Positions 15,208 to 24,809 of a stretch of 31,261 bases of DNA are shown here, piece after piece. A program made the translations under genes and the position numbers. Positions within the stretch are counted from its first letter, which is position 1. Every line of letters begins with the position of its first letter. Origin of the DNA: a virus (lineage: Duplodnaviria > Caudoviricetes); the IMG/VR virus record IMGVR_UViG_3300021139_000078, positions 1 to 31,261 of that record; one strand, 5' to 3'. The notes below the pieces were generated by a model. The model had not been told where the DNA came from. It saw only the letters and a list, made by a program, of their open reading frames with translations, and did no database searches.

Positions 15208-17007
15208 TTAGAGTCCCAATGCGCTCAGTGGTGCGCCTTTGCGACGCAACACTTGACCGAGTTGATCTCGAACCTGAGTCACCAAATCATTTTGAGAGAT
15301 GACCGATCCTTGAACATGAATGACAACATTGACTCCCCCGCCCATCGATCCCATCTTTGACAATGGAATGACGGCTTCGGCTCCCGCTTCACCAATCATG
15401 GCAAGGGTCGGCGATGACACAATTCCACCTTCAGCAAGTTTAGGAATCTCAGGAATGTTGACACCAAATTCTTTGCCACCGATCAGCGGAATCCAGTCAG
15501 GTAACTTCACATGGATCGCATCGATAGCACGGATGACAAGGTTGACGATGCTGATCAAGCCGTTGATTTCAGCTTTGAACAATCCGACAACACCCTTGAC
15601 CCCATCAACGATTTTGCCAAATATGCTTTCAATAAAATGCCAAACACCAGTGACGACATCTTTCATGCCGTTCCAAATTTCCGACCAATGATCTCCGAGG
15701 AATTTGATCGCTAAGCCGAAAGGTGATGAGTATTCAAAAACCTTGACCAAGAATCCGACAACATCTTTGATCCATTGCCACGCATCAGAAATGACATGCT
15801 TGATGTCTGCCCATACTTGCTTCCAGTGAGTAGCAAGATAAAGAGCTGCTGCTGCGACAAGTCCGATCACAATCGTCATGCCACCGGTTGCCACGCCAAT
15901 TTCAGCGCCCGCTGCGGTTGCTTCCGCACCAGCGGTTGTTGCTGCCGTACCAAATCCGAGCCATCCTGCAATCATTTGAGCAAAGGAAACGGCTGATTCA
16001 ACGGCTCCCTTGACCAGTGTGGAAATGTATGCACCAATCGCGCCAACAAGTACTGTGCCAATGACGACACCAAAAGCGATGGCGATATCTTTGTGTTTTC
16101 CAAACCAATCAACGACATCCTTGATCGCTCCGACCAATTTCATCATGATCGGAATCAATGCCATGCCAATGTTTTTGGCGACATCTTCAGATTGTGCTTT
16201 GAGCGCTTGCATTTTTCCAGCGAAAGTTTCAGCGGATGCAGCAGCTTGTCCACCCACGGCTTTTGAAAGAGCATTCATCACATCAGTTCCGGCTTGTTGA
16301 GATGCGGTGACTTTATCTTGTGAGACTTTGATCTTGTCGAGCATTTGCATGTAGGTGAGATGAAATTTGCTGCTGGTATTGAGTGCATCACTATGAGCAT
16401 CCAAAAATGTTTTGGCTTTTTCTGTTTGTGTTGCCAAAGCGGTTTGAGCAGCAGCAAGTGCCTTTGCTCCACCGGCAGCGATAGGAAGATCAATACCTAA
16501 TTGTTTGAGTGGCTTGAGGTTTCCCTCTTGAGCGCGAGCAACAGCAAGCGCTGCGGTTGCCAAATCAACATGCTTGAACTTTGCAAGGTCGGCAGCAACT
16601 CCGAGGTCATTGAGTGCCTTTTGTGGATCGTGAAGAGCTGTGGTGAGGTTTGCAAGTGCCTCTTGAGTTTGAGCATTGGTGAAGCCGTAGTTTTCCATCG
16701 ACTTTTGTGCAACACCGATTTTTTGTGAATACTCTTCAAAATTTGATCCCGCATTTTTGATGGCGGTTTCTAATTTGGCATGGGATTTTTCAAATTGATC
16801 AGCCATTTCCAAAGAGAGACCACCAACGCTGACTGCTGCGGTTCCAATTCCAAACAATGCTGCCTTGCCGAAAGTGGCAAGTTTGTCGAATGAAGTGACA
16901 CCTTTATTTTCAACTTTGGAAACTTCGTCACGAGCTTCACCCATTGCTGCGGTGAACTCTTTGATGTTGGCTTTCAGCTCAACATATACTGGAGGTAACA
17001 TGCCCAC
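15208..17007 (-). CDS. tape measure protein (599 aa)
   Basis: Ala/Gly-rich helical, Trp/Phe periodicity, IPKLAEGGIV..PTLAMIGEAGAEAVIPL. Confidence 0.92.
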   Translation of the reverse strand: MGMLPPVYVELKANIKEFTAAMGEARDEVSKVENKGVTSFDKLATFGKAALFGIGTAAVSVGGLSLEMADQFEKSHAKLETAIKNAGSNFEEYSQKIGVAQKSMENYGFTNAQTQEALANLTTALHDPQKALNDLGVAADLAKFKHVDLATAALAVARAQEGNLKPLKQLGIDLPIAAGGAKALAAAQTALATQTEKAKTFLDAHSDALNTSSKFHLTYMQMLDKIKVSQDKVTASQQAGTDVMNALSKAVGGQAAASAETFAGKMQALKAQSEDVAKNIGMALIPIMMKLVGAIKDVVDWFGKHKDIAIAFGVVIGTVLVGAIGAYISTLVKGAVESAVSFAQMIAGWLGFGTAATTAGAEATAAGAEIGVATGGMTIVIGLVAAAALYLATHWKQVWADIKHVISDAWQWIKDVVGFLVKVFEYSSPFGLAIKFLGDHWSEIWNGMKDVVTGVWHFIESIFGKIVDGVKGVVGLFKAEINGLISIVNLVIRAIDAIHVKLPDWIPLIGGKEFGVNIPEIPKLAEGGIVSSPTLAMIGEAGAEAVIPLSKMGSMGGGVNVVIHVQGSVISQNDLVTQVRDQLGQVLRRKGAPLSALGL

Positions 17008-17510
17008 TAGAGAATTCCTCCCATTTTGTTGATGGCTGAGTCCCAGCCTTTTTCATAATTTGCAGCCATCGTTGGTTCAACGGATTGAACGGCTGGCTTG
17101 AAGTACGGAAATTTGGCTTCGAGTGTGGTTTTCTTGAAATTGTTGACGGCAAGATATTTTTTTCCTGCTACTCCAACTCCACCCACCCATGAATTTCCAA
17201 CCATTTCAGGTTTTTTTGCGCCAACACCTTTATACAACATGCCTGTCATTCGACCCGGACCGCCACCACGAGGATTGTTGTGTTGTCCCGTTGTGCCGGG
17301 AAGTTGGAAGTGTGCGCCTGTTCTTTTGCTATATCCACGCTCAGTCCAACGAGGTGCGCCACGCAAATTCTTTCGAATGGCGGTTTTCAATTTGTTTTGA
17401 TTCACGCGCAACGCGGCAAGTGTTGCTTTGTCCACACGAGTTTCAATTTCTTTCGTCACGGATTTGAATTCATTGACACCTGAAAAGATGGCACTGATTG
17501 CGTTAGGCAT
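17007..17510 (-). CDS. HK97 gp10-like tail completion protein
   Basis: Basic; PG..TG.L and PYFKPA motifs. Confidence 0.65.
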   Translation of the reverse strand: MPNAISAIFSGVNEFKSVTKEIETRVDKATLAALRVNQNKLKTAIRKNLRGAPRWTERGYSKRTGAHFQLPGTTGQHNNPRGGGPGRMTGMLYKGVGAKKPEMVGNSWVGGVGVAGKKYLAVNNFKKTTLEAKFPYFKPAVQSVEPTMAANYEKGWDSAINKMGGIL

Positions 17511-17737
17511 TAGATTTCTCCGTTTCGAATCTTATTTTCGGTGGAGATAAAAACTTCATCAATCGCAAGCAACCAATCGAGCATGGCTGCTGGTTCCTCC
17601 TCTAATTGAGTGGGAGTACATCCCAGCAGCTTGCAAAGTCGATAGGTTTTTAGTTGATCCGGTAATGGTTCACGAATTGTTCCACCCTCAAGCGCTCGTC
17701 CTATGCGTCTGAGGGCTAGGAAGGGGAATTTGCGTCG
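17510..17737 (-). CDS. tail assembly chaperone extension (gpT-like), reached by -1 frameshift
   Basis: Open -1 frame without a suitable start, encoding LCKLLGCTPTQLEEEPAAMLDWLLAID; TAA overlaps the next ATG. Confidence 0.75.
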   Translation of the reverse strand, partial: RRKFPFLALRRIGRALEGGTIREPLPDQLKTYRLCKLLGCTPTQLEEEPAAMLDWLLAIDEVFISTENKIRNGEI

Positions 17738-18093
17738 TTACTCATTCCAAAGTTGGGAACCATCTCGTTCATGTTTTGAGCGCAAATTGCTTGAAGAGCT
17801 TTGTAATTTTCATCGCTCAGTGAACCCAAAGAATCAAGTGAAATTTCACCATCAAATGACCACGACTCAACTCGTGCCACGATCAATAAATCGTTGAGCA
17901 AGTAAAACTGATCAATGACTTCATCGGTCATGGTTGCCGTCGGATTGGCTGCATTACTTTCCAATGCCGCTTGTGCCTGTCCACGACCGATTGCCATCAA
18001 TGTTTTTTCGATAGGTCGGCGAAGTTTGACCGGCACGGCAGCTGGATCACGAAGGATTGCCCAGCCACCGTTGAGATCGATTTTCTGTGTCAT
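17716..18093 (-). CDS. tail assembly chaperone (gpG-like)
   Basis: Directly after the major tail gene; VESWSF motif; overlaps a -1 frame ORF. Confidence 0.8.
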   Translation of the reverse strand: MTQKIDLNGGWAILRDPAAVPVKLRRPIEKTLMAIGRGQAQAALESNAANPTATMTDEVIDQFYLLNDLLIVARVESWSFDGEISLDSLGSLSDENYKALQAICAQNMNEMVPNFGMSNDANSPS

Positions 18094-18114
18094 GTTGTCC
18101 CCTGTTCGTTGAAT

Positions 18115-19092
18115 TTAGAGTGCGGAATCTGCGGTTTGATAAACGATTGTCAATGGAGCATCTGTTCCGTTGTCATACACTTCAAAAGTGATGGCGAGAT
18201 CGATGACACCCGGTGATTGAACATTTGGTGTGTCTGCATCAAATTTGACGGCTGGAAGAGTGATGGAAAGTGACTCATTTTGACCACCAGCAATCACTGC
18301 ACCTGTGAAGGTAAGAGCGATTGAAGTTGTGGTGTCAGCAAGGAACGCATTGAGCAAAGTGGTGTCTGAAAATTCAGCAGTCATCTTGCCCGAAATTTTG
18401 CGGAAACCATTGATAACTTGTTCAGCTTTTTTGCCGTTTGCACCGAGGTTGAAACGATCACCCTTCAATGTGTTTGCAACAGTAAGAGTGAAATCCTTGA
18501 TGTTTGCAACGGATGAACCATTGACGGTGACTGCACCTTGCGAGAAATTGAACAAGTTGCTAATGGTTGAGTATGAAGCGGTGGCAAGGGAAATTCCTGT
18601 GGTCAATGAAACGCCATCAACGGTGAACTTGCCGGTGGCAATTCCATCCTTTTGAACGGCTAATTCCCAACCCTGAATCTTTGCGCCACTGATTGTTTTT
18701 GGTGTAACAGTTCCACCATATTGAGGAACACCGACCTGAGCAGTGAAGGATCGACCATAAACATCACCAAGGGTGAATGTGTAGCTATACACGCCTGTGG
18801 TTACTGTTGTGGGAGATGGTGCTGAACCCATTGCATGTGACAACAAAAGACCGAGTCCGCGAGTAGGAAGATCGATGACGATGTCGCCTGTTGCATCAGA
18901 TGTGGTGACGACGCGACGCTGAGAGCGAGGAAGTTGTCCACCAGCTCGTAAGCCCATGCCCACGGCGGTTTTCTTGTTGTATTGCAAATTTTCAGATGTA
19001 AATTCATAGAATCGTGACACGGTCACGGGTGTGTTGAATGTTGTCTCGGACGCGATCCCCAGTTGAGCGCCAATTCCTGAGCCAATGGTCAT
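18115..19092 (-). CDS. major tail tube protein
   Basis: GIGAQLGIASETTF.T start; RKISGKMTAEF; position in tail operon. Confidence 0.85.
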   Translation of the reverse strand: MTIGSGIGAQLGIASETTFNTPVTVSRFYEFTSENLQYNKKTAVGMGLRAGGQLPRSQRRVVTTSDATGDIVIDLPTRGLGLLLSHAMGSAPSPTTVTTGVYSYTFTLGDVYGRSFTAQVGVPQYGGTVTPKTISGAKIQGWELAVQKDGIATGKFTVDGVSLTTGISLATASYSTISNLFNFSQGAVTVNGSSVANIKDFTLTVANTLKGDRFNLGANGKKAEQVINGFRKISGKMTAEFSDTTLLNAFLADTTTSIALTFTGAVIAGGQNESLSITLPAVKFDADTPNVQSPGVIDLAITFEVYDNGTDAPLTIVYQTADSAL

Positions 19093-19103
19093 GTGTTTAT
19101 CTC

Positions 19104-19322
19104 CTAGTTACTGGCAGCAGGGATTGAGTCTGCTGGTGTGTTTGATGTGTCGGGTGTTGAACTTGATGAAGATTTGCTGGATGTCCAGTTGTCAGTTTGC
19201 TCAAGTAATGATGCAGCTGCATCGGCTGGAACTTCAACGCTATCCCCTGCCTTGACAACAAGATTGTTGAGTGCAGGAATGATGAGATCGCCCAGTGGCG
19301 AAATGTTGGTGATGAGTGTCAT
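19104..19322 (-). CDS. small virion-associated protein with Ser/Thr/Pro-rich tail
   Basis: Start ATG 19322 after AAGGGAG; VKAGDSVEVP...LL.Q..NW. Confidence 0.65.
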   Translation of the reverse strand: MTLITNISPLGDLIIPALNNLVVKAGDSVEVPADAAASLLEQTDNWTSSKSSSSSTPDTSNTPADSIPAASN

Positions 19323-19335
19323 GACTGTTGCTCCC

Positions 19336-19797
19336 TTAGATTTTGGACTGATAAGTAAGTGTGAAGAGAATGCCCACGCCTGAACCATTGAGCGTTTGGC
19401 GATATTTGATCTCGCTCATTTCCATTGCGGAAAACTGAACAATTCCACCGAAAGAGACATCGGCACGCACAACGGATTCAACATCTCCGAGAAGCTGAAA
19501 GGCTCGTGTTCGACGATCAGAAATAGTGGTGGAACCACTAGCAGACCAAAGAAAACAATTGAGGACACCTTGTTCGAACTTGCCGACGGCTCCGAGTCCC
19601 CGATATTCCTGACGGATCGATGACGCGGAAACTTCATCTCCATCAAGGTTTCCATCGTGACCGATTGCGATCGCATCGCCCGGATAGGACATGTCGATTT
19701 CAATACCATCAAAGATTCGAATGCCGGACAATGAACTTGCATTTTGAAGAGCTGTGATCACCGAGTTGATGAATGTCGGCATCGTTGAAGTTGCCAT
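19336..19797 (-). CDS. putative tail terminator
   Basis: Size, position and VESVVRAD.S.GG.V pattern. Confidence 0.6.
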   Translation of the reverse strand: MATSTMPTFINSVITALQNASSLSGIRIFDGIEIDMSYPGDAIAIGHDGNLDGDEVSASSIRQEYRGLGAVGKFEQGVLNCFLWSASGSTTISDRRTRAFQLLGDVESVVRADVSFGGIVQFSAMEMSEIKYRQTLNGSGVGILFTLTYQSKI

Positions 19798-19799
19798 GA

Positions 19800-20642
19800 T
19801 TACGCCAATCCGGGAAGAGATGTGGGATCAAGTAATTCCATCGCACGACGGGGCAAGGAATATGTGGGTGATGAATAAAACTCATCGCCTGAATTGGTTC
19901 GGGACATGACATTGATCGAACCGCGTTGTGTCTGCCATAAGTGGCGAATGATTTCGAGGACACCTTGCTTTGCTGCCATTGGAGGTTTGACGAATCCCGC
20001 CACATAAGTGACCGAGATGTTGTTCATTCCTTGCGTGAAATATCCATATGAGTTGGTGGCATATAAAGTTCCTGAGCCAATTCGATACAGGCGTTGTCCG
20101 GTGTAGTCGGTCACATATGAAGTCGAGGGAAGCAACACGCCGTTTTCATAGACCGAGGTGATGGAAATGGCTGCTGGGTTTCGAAGTCGAATGAACTCCG
20201 CTCCCCCGTCGTATAGCTCACTGGTAAATGTGCGACGACCCAAAATCATGCCGACATAGGACTCAGCGAGATCAGTTGCAGAGTCAATGATCGAACGCAA
20301 TTCTTCATCGTTGCTGATATCGGTGGAAGGAATGTTGAGATGATTCTTTGCATCATCAAGGGAAACAATTCCTGAATCGTTGTAATCACGGACGATGAAA
20401 TCATCACCAAATGCACTGGCATTTGTTCCTGTGGCTAACCATCGAACGGCGTGACGACCTGCCTGAGAAGGCTGAAAATCGCAGTTGTACAAGCCTGTGG
20501 AGGGATTTGTCACCGATCCTGAAACAGTTGTTCCATCAGGTTGTGTGATCGTGCAAGTGACCGCTGAGGCGTTTGCAATTGCACCCGTCGCATCGGTGAT
20601 CTTGATTCCTAACGGTACGACATCTCCGAGATCATAATTCAT
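19800..20642 (-). CDS. head-tail adaptor (gp6/gp15-like) with extra N-terminal beta-sandwich domain
   Basis: VSLDDAKNHL...DEEL..II.SA...AESY.G and VTYVAGF...P...KQGVL; about 85-aa N-terminal extension. Confidence 0.8.
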   Translation of the reverse strand: MNYDLGDVVPLGIKITDATGAIANASAVTCTITQPDGTTVSGSVTNPSTGLYNCDFQPSQAGRHAVRWLATGTNASAFGDDFIVRDYNDSGIVSLDDAKNHLNIPSTDISNDEELRSIIDSATDLAESYVGMILGRRTFTSELYDGGAEFIRLRNPAAISITSVYENGVLLPSTSYVTDYTGQRLYRIGSGTLYATNSYGYFTQGMNNISVTYVAGFVKPPMAAKQGVLEIIRHLWQTQRGSINVMSRTNSGDEFYSSPTYSLPRRAMELLDPTSLPGLA

Positions 20643-21913
20643 CGAATTCTCCTTGTGATGGTTGACTGAGTGCGTTCAACAGTTGAAATTGACGAGGTTG
20701 ATCTTTCTTGTGGAGCGATCGATGCTCGTGTGGGAATGTAGGTACTCATCGAACTTCGCCCACGAATTCGCTCGACCATGGTGCTGATAGGTCGAATTCG
20801 CATGACGATCGAGCCACCAGAAACGGTGAGCAATGCTGAACCGACGGCAGTGAAATTGATAGCGCCTGACAAGCTCGGTGCAAAGATGAGGAAACTTCCA
20901 CTCAAGGTTCCTGATAAGGAAATGAATGCAACCGCTGAGACGGGATAGGAAAGAGATGATGTTCCACTAGCTTGCAGTGAAAGTGATGAGGTTGCGGAAA
21001 CGGGATACTTCAACGAATCTGTTGCTTGTCCAGCAACCGCAATTGATCCCGACAAAGTCAGGGATGTAAGAGTGCCAGTTCCTGATGCAACCAGGGTGAT
21101 GAAGGCTTGTCCTGCATCAACGAAGTAGAGAGTATCTGCGCCACTGGCGACAACCTGAATTGTTCCCGCACCTGTTGTCGAATATGTGATTCGAGAATAA
21201 GTGCCTGATGCAACCAGCGAAATTGAATTGCTACCGGTTGTCGATAGACGCAAAGTATCGGTGGCTGATGCCGAAAGCGCTAAGGATGCAGAGCCAGTTG
21301 AGGATGTAACCGTTGCCGTGTTTGCTGATCCACTGAATGCAATGCTTCCCGATGCTGATACCGGATAAGCCAATGAAGCCGAGGATGAAGCGACAAGTGA
21401 AACACTGCCTGATGCTGATATCGGGAAAGTTTCGGAATCGGTAACAGTTGCAACCAATGAGATTGAACCGCTGGCGCTAACACCAAACACCAAAGTGGTT
21501 GATGCGCTTGCCGACAATGAAATCGAGCCACTAGCAGATACAGGATATTTATCAACATCGGATGCCGATGCCGTCAATGTCAGTGAGCCTGTTGCACTGA
21601 CGGGATAGGTCAATGTTGCTGAGGAATTGCTTCCCGCAATTGAGATCGATCCCGTCGCTGATTCGATGAAGCTGAGAGAATCGCTACCAGTGCCAACAAG
21701 TGCCAGAGAACCTGAACCTGTTGAGGGGAATTTCAATGAATCGGAAACGCTACCTGCAAGGGTCAGTGATGCCGATCCCGTAGAGGAATAAACAAGTGAT
21801 GACGATGCTGACGCTGCAAGAGAAATTGATCCTGATGCAGTGGCAAGAAAAACGCCGTTGTAAGTGATGTGAGCGTTGTAGGCAAGACTTTGATTGTAGT
21901 TTGCCACGATCAC
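20639..21913 (-). CDS. Ser/Thr/Ala/Gly-rich protein with about 17 repeats of about 20 aa
   Basis: Consensus close to VSASGSISLxASASxSLxYP. Confidence 0.75.
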   Translation of the reverse strand: MIVANYNQSLAYNAHITYNGVFLATASGSISLAASASSSLVYSSTGSASLTLAGSVSDSLKFPSTGSGSLALVGTGSDSLSFIESATGSISIAGSNSSATLTYPVSATGSLTLTASASDVDKYPVSASGSISLSASASTTLVFGVSASGSISLVATVTDSETFPISASGSVSLVASSSASLAYPVSASGSIAFSGSANTATVTSSTGSASLALSASATDTLRLSTTGSNSISLVASGTYSRITYSTTGAGTIQVVASGADTLYFVDAGQAFITLVASGTGTLTSLTLSGSIAVAGQATDSLKYPVSATSSLSLQASGTSSLSYPVSAVAFISLSGTLSGSFLIFAPSLSGAINFTAVGSALLTVSGGSIVMRIRPISTMVERIRGRSSMSTYIPTRASIAPQERSTSSISTVERTQSTITRRIR

Positions 21914-21946
21914 TCCCTATCTCACTTGTGAATCCGTGTTGTGTAT

Positions 21947-22108
21947 TTAGTTAGCAGGTGAATCAGGAATGTCTATTTGGTTGATTAGTTCATAGTCTGC
22001 ATTCCCACACTGATTGCAAGTGGGGAAATACATGGGTTCATCTGCATTTCGTTGTTCAACATATTGATGACCGCAACAAGCGGACACATATTCAAATCGA
22101 ATAGCCAT
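21947..22108 (-). CDS. small zinc-ribbon protein (53 aa)
   Basis: MAIRFEYVSACCGH...PTCNQCG; AGGAG SD; the true start lies inside a spurious 283-aa ORF. Confidence 0.7.
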   Translation of the reverse strand: MAIRFEYVSACCGHQYVEQRNADEPMYFPTCNQCGNADYELINQIDIPDSPAN

Positions 22109-22116
22109 GATCGCTC

Positions 22117-23049
22117 CTAGTAATAGAGAAGAATTGCGCCAGCACCACCGTTGCTGCCAGTAGAGTTTGAGCTGTAACCTGCTCCGCCTCCGCCTCCACC
22201 ACCAGAACCGCCAGTGCCACCATTGTTTCCCGTTGCGCTTATGCCATTGGCAAGATATCCAGCACCGCCTCCGCCACCACCATTGTTGCCATTGCCACCG
22301 GTGTAAGTACCACCTGCGCCTGTGCCACCTACACCACCAGTGCCGTTTGCTCCTCCGCCTCCGCCACCAGTAAAACTTCCCGCGCCACCTACGCCACCCG
22401 GAGTCGCGTTTACTCCGCCACCTCCGCCACCTGCAAGACCAGCAGCTCCAGTTTTGGTTGATGAACCAGTTCCGCCACCTCCGCCACCCCAACCTACTGT
22501 TGGAGAAACTGTTGCTGTTCCACCTGTGCCACCTGAAGAGCCGGGATAAGATGCGCTTCCGTTTCCGCCTGATGAAACTGCAGTTGCGCCATAAGCCCCT
22601 CCGCCACCGCCTCCACCATTTGTTCCAGCAGCACCAGCAACGGCAGTACCAACTCCACCGCCTCCACCACCGCCACCACCTGCGAGCAATCCACCCATAT
22701 AAGTTGCGCCACCATTGGTTCCAACACCACCAGACGCGGCTCCGCCGGTACCTGCTACGCCAATGATTATTGGTGTCGAAGTTGTGACAGGAACCCATCC
22801 ATAAGCAACCCCTCCACCGCCTCCGCCACCACCTGCACCTGAACCACCCGTTGATGCACCGCCTCCACCGCCTCCGCCTCCACCAATGAGAATGGCGTAT
22901 GCCCAGTTGATGCCCGAAGGAATTGTTGCAGTTGTACCTGATGTAATTGTTTGTTGCAAAGTCAATCCATACGGTGAATTGGTGTTGGCTTGAATTGCTG
23001 AACCACTAGCTGTGGTTGGTGTAAAGATTTGTGAAAGTGTGAGTGTCAT
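22117..23049 (-). CDS. glycine-rich fibre/adhesin domain protein
   Basis: TIPSGI..AYAILIGGGGGG...GGAGAILLYY framing of poly-Gly runs. Confidence 0.8.
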   Translation of the reverse strand: MTLTLSQIFTPTTASGSAIQANTNSPYGLTLQQTITSGTTATIPSGINWAYAILIGGGGGGGGGASTGGSGAGGGGGGGGVAYGWVPVTTSTPIIIGVAGTGGAASGGVGTNGGATYMGGLLAGGGGGGGGGVGTAVAGAAGTNGGGGGGGAYGATAVSSGGNGSASYPGSSGGTGGTATVSPTVGWGGGGGGTGSSTKTGAAGLAGGGGGGVNATPGGVGGAGSFTGGGGGGANGTGGVGGTGAGGTYTGGNGNNGGGGGGAGYLANGISATGNNGGTGGSGGGGGGGAGYSSNSTGSNGGAGAILLYY

Positions 23050-23673
23050 TTATGCGACCTTCCATCCATATGTTGACCCTGTATAGACCAAAGTGCATGA
23101 GGCATAGTTGAAGTTGATGAGAAGAGTTTGAACCGAGCCTTGAAATTTCAATGATCCCGGAGTGACTGTGATGTTATTTGTTCCCGCGTTTCCTGACGCA
23201 TCAAAAATGCGAATTTCATCGCCTTGATTGGGAGAAGCGGGAAGTGTCAATGTGATTGCGCCACCTGATGTGGTGACGAAGTATTGATATCGGGTGACAA
23301 GGTTTGTTGCACCTGAGATTGCTGAAGATGTCCATGCAGCTGGTGCAGGTGTCGCCCATGTCGCCGTTGTTCCATTGGATGTCAACACTTGGTTACTGGA
23401 ACCAATTCCCAAACGGGTGACGGCGCTGGAACCTGTTGCCACGATCAAGTCACCAGCAGTGGTGACGGTGGAAAGTGGAATGACGGTTCCAAAACGAGCT
23501 GCGACCGTTGCTGATGATCCTTGCGGATTTACTCCGAGAGTGGATTCAATAGCAGCGATCGCATCATTCGCGTTGTCGTGTTGAGCAGCGTGAGGAACTG
23601 TTGATGAATCGAGGGTATCCGTTGAAGTGGGATTGGTAAACGAATCGATTGCACCGGGAAATGCAGTAGTCAT
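23050..23673 (-). CDS. fibre-like structural protein
   Basis: HAAQHDNANDAIAAIE..LG, GDLIVATG...RLGIG...QVLTS, TLTLPASP..GDEI.I.D, LVY......GW. Confidence 0.7.
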   Translation of the reverse strand: MTTAFPGAIDSFTNPTSTDTLDSSTVPHAAQHDNANDAIAAIESTLGVNPQGSSATVAARFGTVIPLSTVTTAGDLIVATGSSAVTRLGIGSSNQVLTSNGTTATWATPAPAAWTSSAISGATNLVTRYQYFVTTSGGAITLTLPASPNQGDEIRIFDASGNAGTNNITVTPGSLKFQGSVQTLLINFNYASCTLVYTGSTYGWKVA

Positions 23674-23688
23674 TGGATACCCCTTAGA

Positions 23689-24042
23689 TTAGGAAGCTGA
23701 TACGGAAAGAGAACCTGAAGCAATGCTTACAACACCAGCGGATGTGCCTGTTGTGATTGCTGGGGAAAGCGCTCCACCGATGTAATAGGTTCCAGCAGTT
23801 GCAGCAGACCACACGCCGAAATATGACGCAGTGGTGGATGCTGGAAGGTTGATGGAAAGAGCTGATGAGTTAGTGACTGAACCACTAGAAGGTGAGTTCC
23901 ATGTGACTGCTACACGAGCATAAGTTCCACCTGTTACTTCACTGCCACCAGTGGTCGTGGGATCTGCAGTATGTAGGCTGACATAACCCCATCCAGTTGT
24001 GGATAGAGCTTGATTGGCTTCCGTTGTGGAAATTCGTGCCAT
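23689..24042 (-). CDS. small structural/appendage protein
   Basis: YVSLHTADP...G.EV.GG.YARVAVTW...FGVWSAATAGT pattern common in phage structural modules. Confidence 0.7.
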   Translation of the reverse strand: MARISTTEANQALSTTGWGYVSLHTADPTTTGGSEVTGGTYARVAVTWNSPSSGSVTNSSALSINLPASTTASYFGVWSAATAGTYYIGGALSPAITTGTSAGVVSIASGSLSVSAS

Positions 24043-24101
24043 CGTTTTTTCTCCTTATTTGTAAGGGCATAAGAGTTGAGGTGCAGGGGTCATCTCAACT
24101 C

Positions 24102-24809
24102 TTATGCTTGATCTTGTTGTGTTGCCATGTGACGCATCAAAGAATGATGGCGTTCGTCGAGCCAAAAAGTTTTGTTGTGTTGCAAGATCGCTCCGGTATG
24201 AGCATGGATTGTGTATCCCATGGATTTGAGCCGTTTGGAAAAGAGTAAATCCTCACCAAAGTAAGTACCGGCAATTGCGCCTTCCACGAACCATGCCCAA
24301 TCTTTGCCTTGATTTTCTGTGGCTTGATTTTGCATGTCGAGAAGTACATCCCGATGAATCAAAATGCACCCAGTTCCAATTGCATCAACTTCCATCAAGG
24401 TATTGAGTGGATAGTCATCAATCGGTTGCAAACCCGTTTCGGGGTTCATTCGATAAATTGTGGGAACGGGACGAAGTTGATCGTCGTTGTCGAAGAATGC
24501 TGCAAACACCAATCCTGAAACGATCGGTCGATCTTTGTCGTGTGCAGCTTCAACCAGCAAGTGCCATGTGTCGAGAGTCAATCGCTCATCGGAGTCGATC
24601 ATCAAGAGCCATTCGGCTTTGGTTGTTTCTAAGAATGTTTTGACCACGATATTGCGTGATCGAGTGGTGAGTCCAATGTTTGCAACTTGAATCAAGTTAT
24701 GGAAACGACGGCTCGGATCAAGTGCAATGTGGATCAAGTCTTGAGCAAGTAGTCCATTCATATTGCCATTGTTGACCATGCCAATGGCGATCTTGTCTTT
24801 GCTCTTCAT
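24102..24809 (-). CDS. GT-A fold (family 2-like) glycosyltransferase
   Basis: RN..V..FL, WLLMIDSD (DxD), VDAIGTGCILIHRDVL, GEDLLF, terminal H-x-K. Confidence 0.85.
   Translation of the reverse strand: MKSKDKIAIGMVNNGNMNGLLAQDLIHIALDPSRRFHNLIQVANIGLTTRSRNIVVKTFLETTKAEWLLMIDSDERLTLDTWHLLVEAAHDKDRPIVSGLVFAAFFDNDDQLRPVPTIYRMNPETGLQPIDDYPLNTLMEVDAIGTGCILIHRDVLLDMQNQATENQGKDWAWFVEGAIAGTYFGEDLLFSKRLKSMGYTIHAHTGAILQHNKTFWLDERHHSLMRHMATQQDQA

Noticed and set aside
22167-22766. Pro-rich and His/Arg-rich plus-strand ORFs
   Set aside because: Antisense shadows of poly-Gly codons
21947-22798. 283-aa Arg/Trp-repeat ORF
   Set aside because: Frame-shift shadow of the GGN codons of the glycine-rich gene; only the last 53 codons have an SD and look real
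12826-23673. Invertible or DGR-type fibre variation driven by the recombinase
   Set aside because: No inverted cassettes, duplicated variable regions or reverse transcriptase seen
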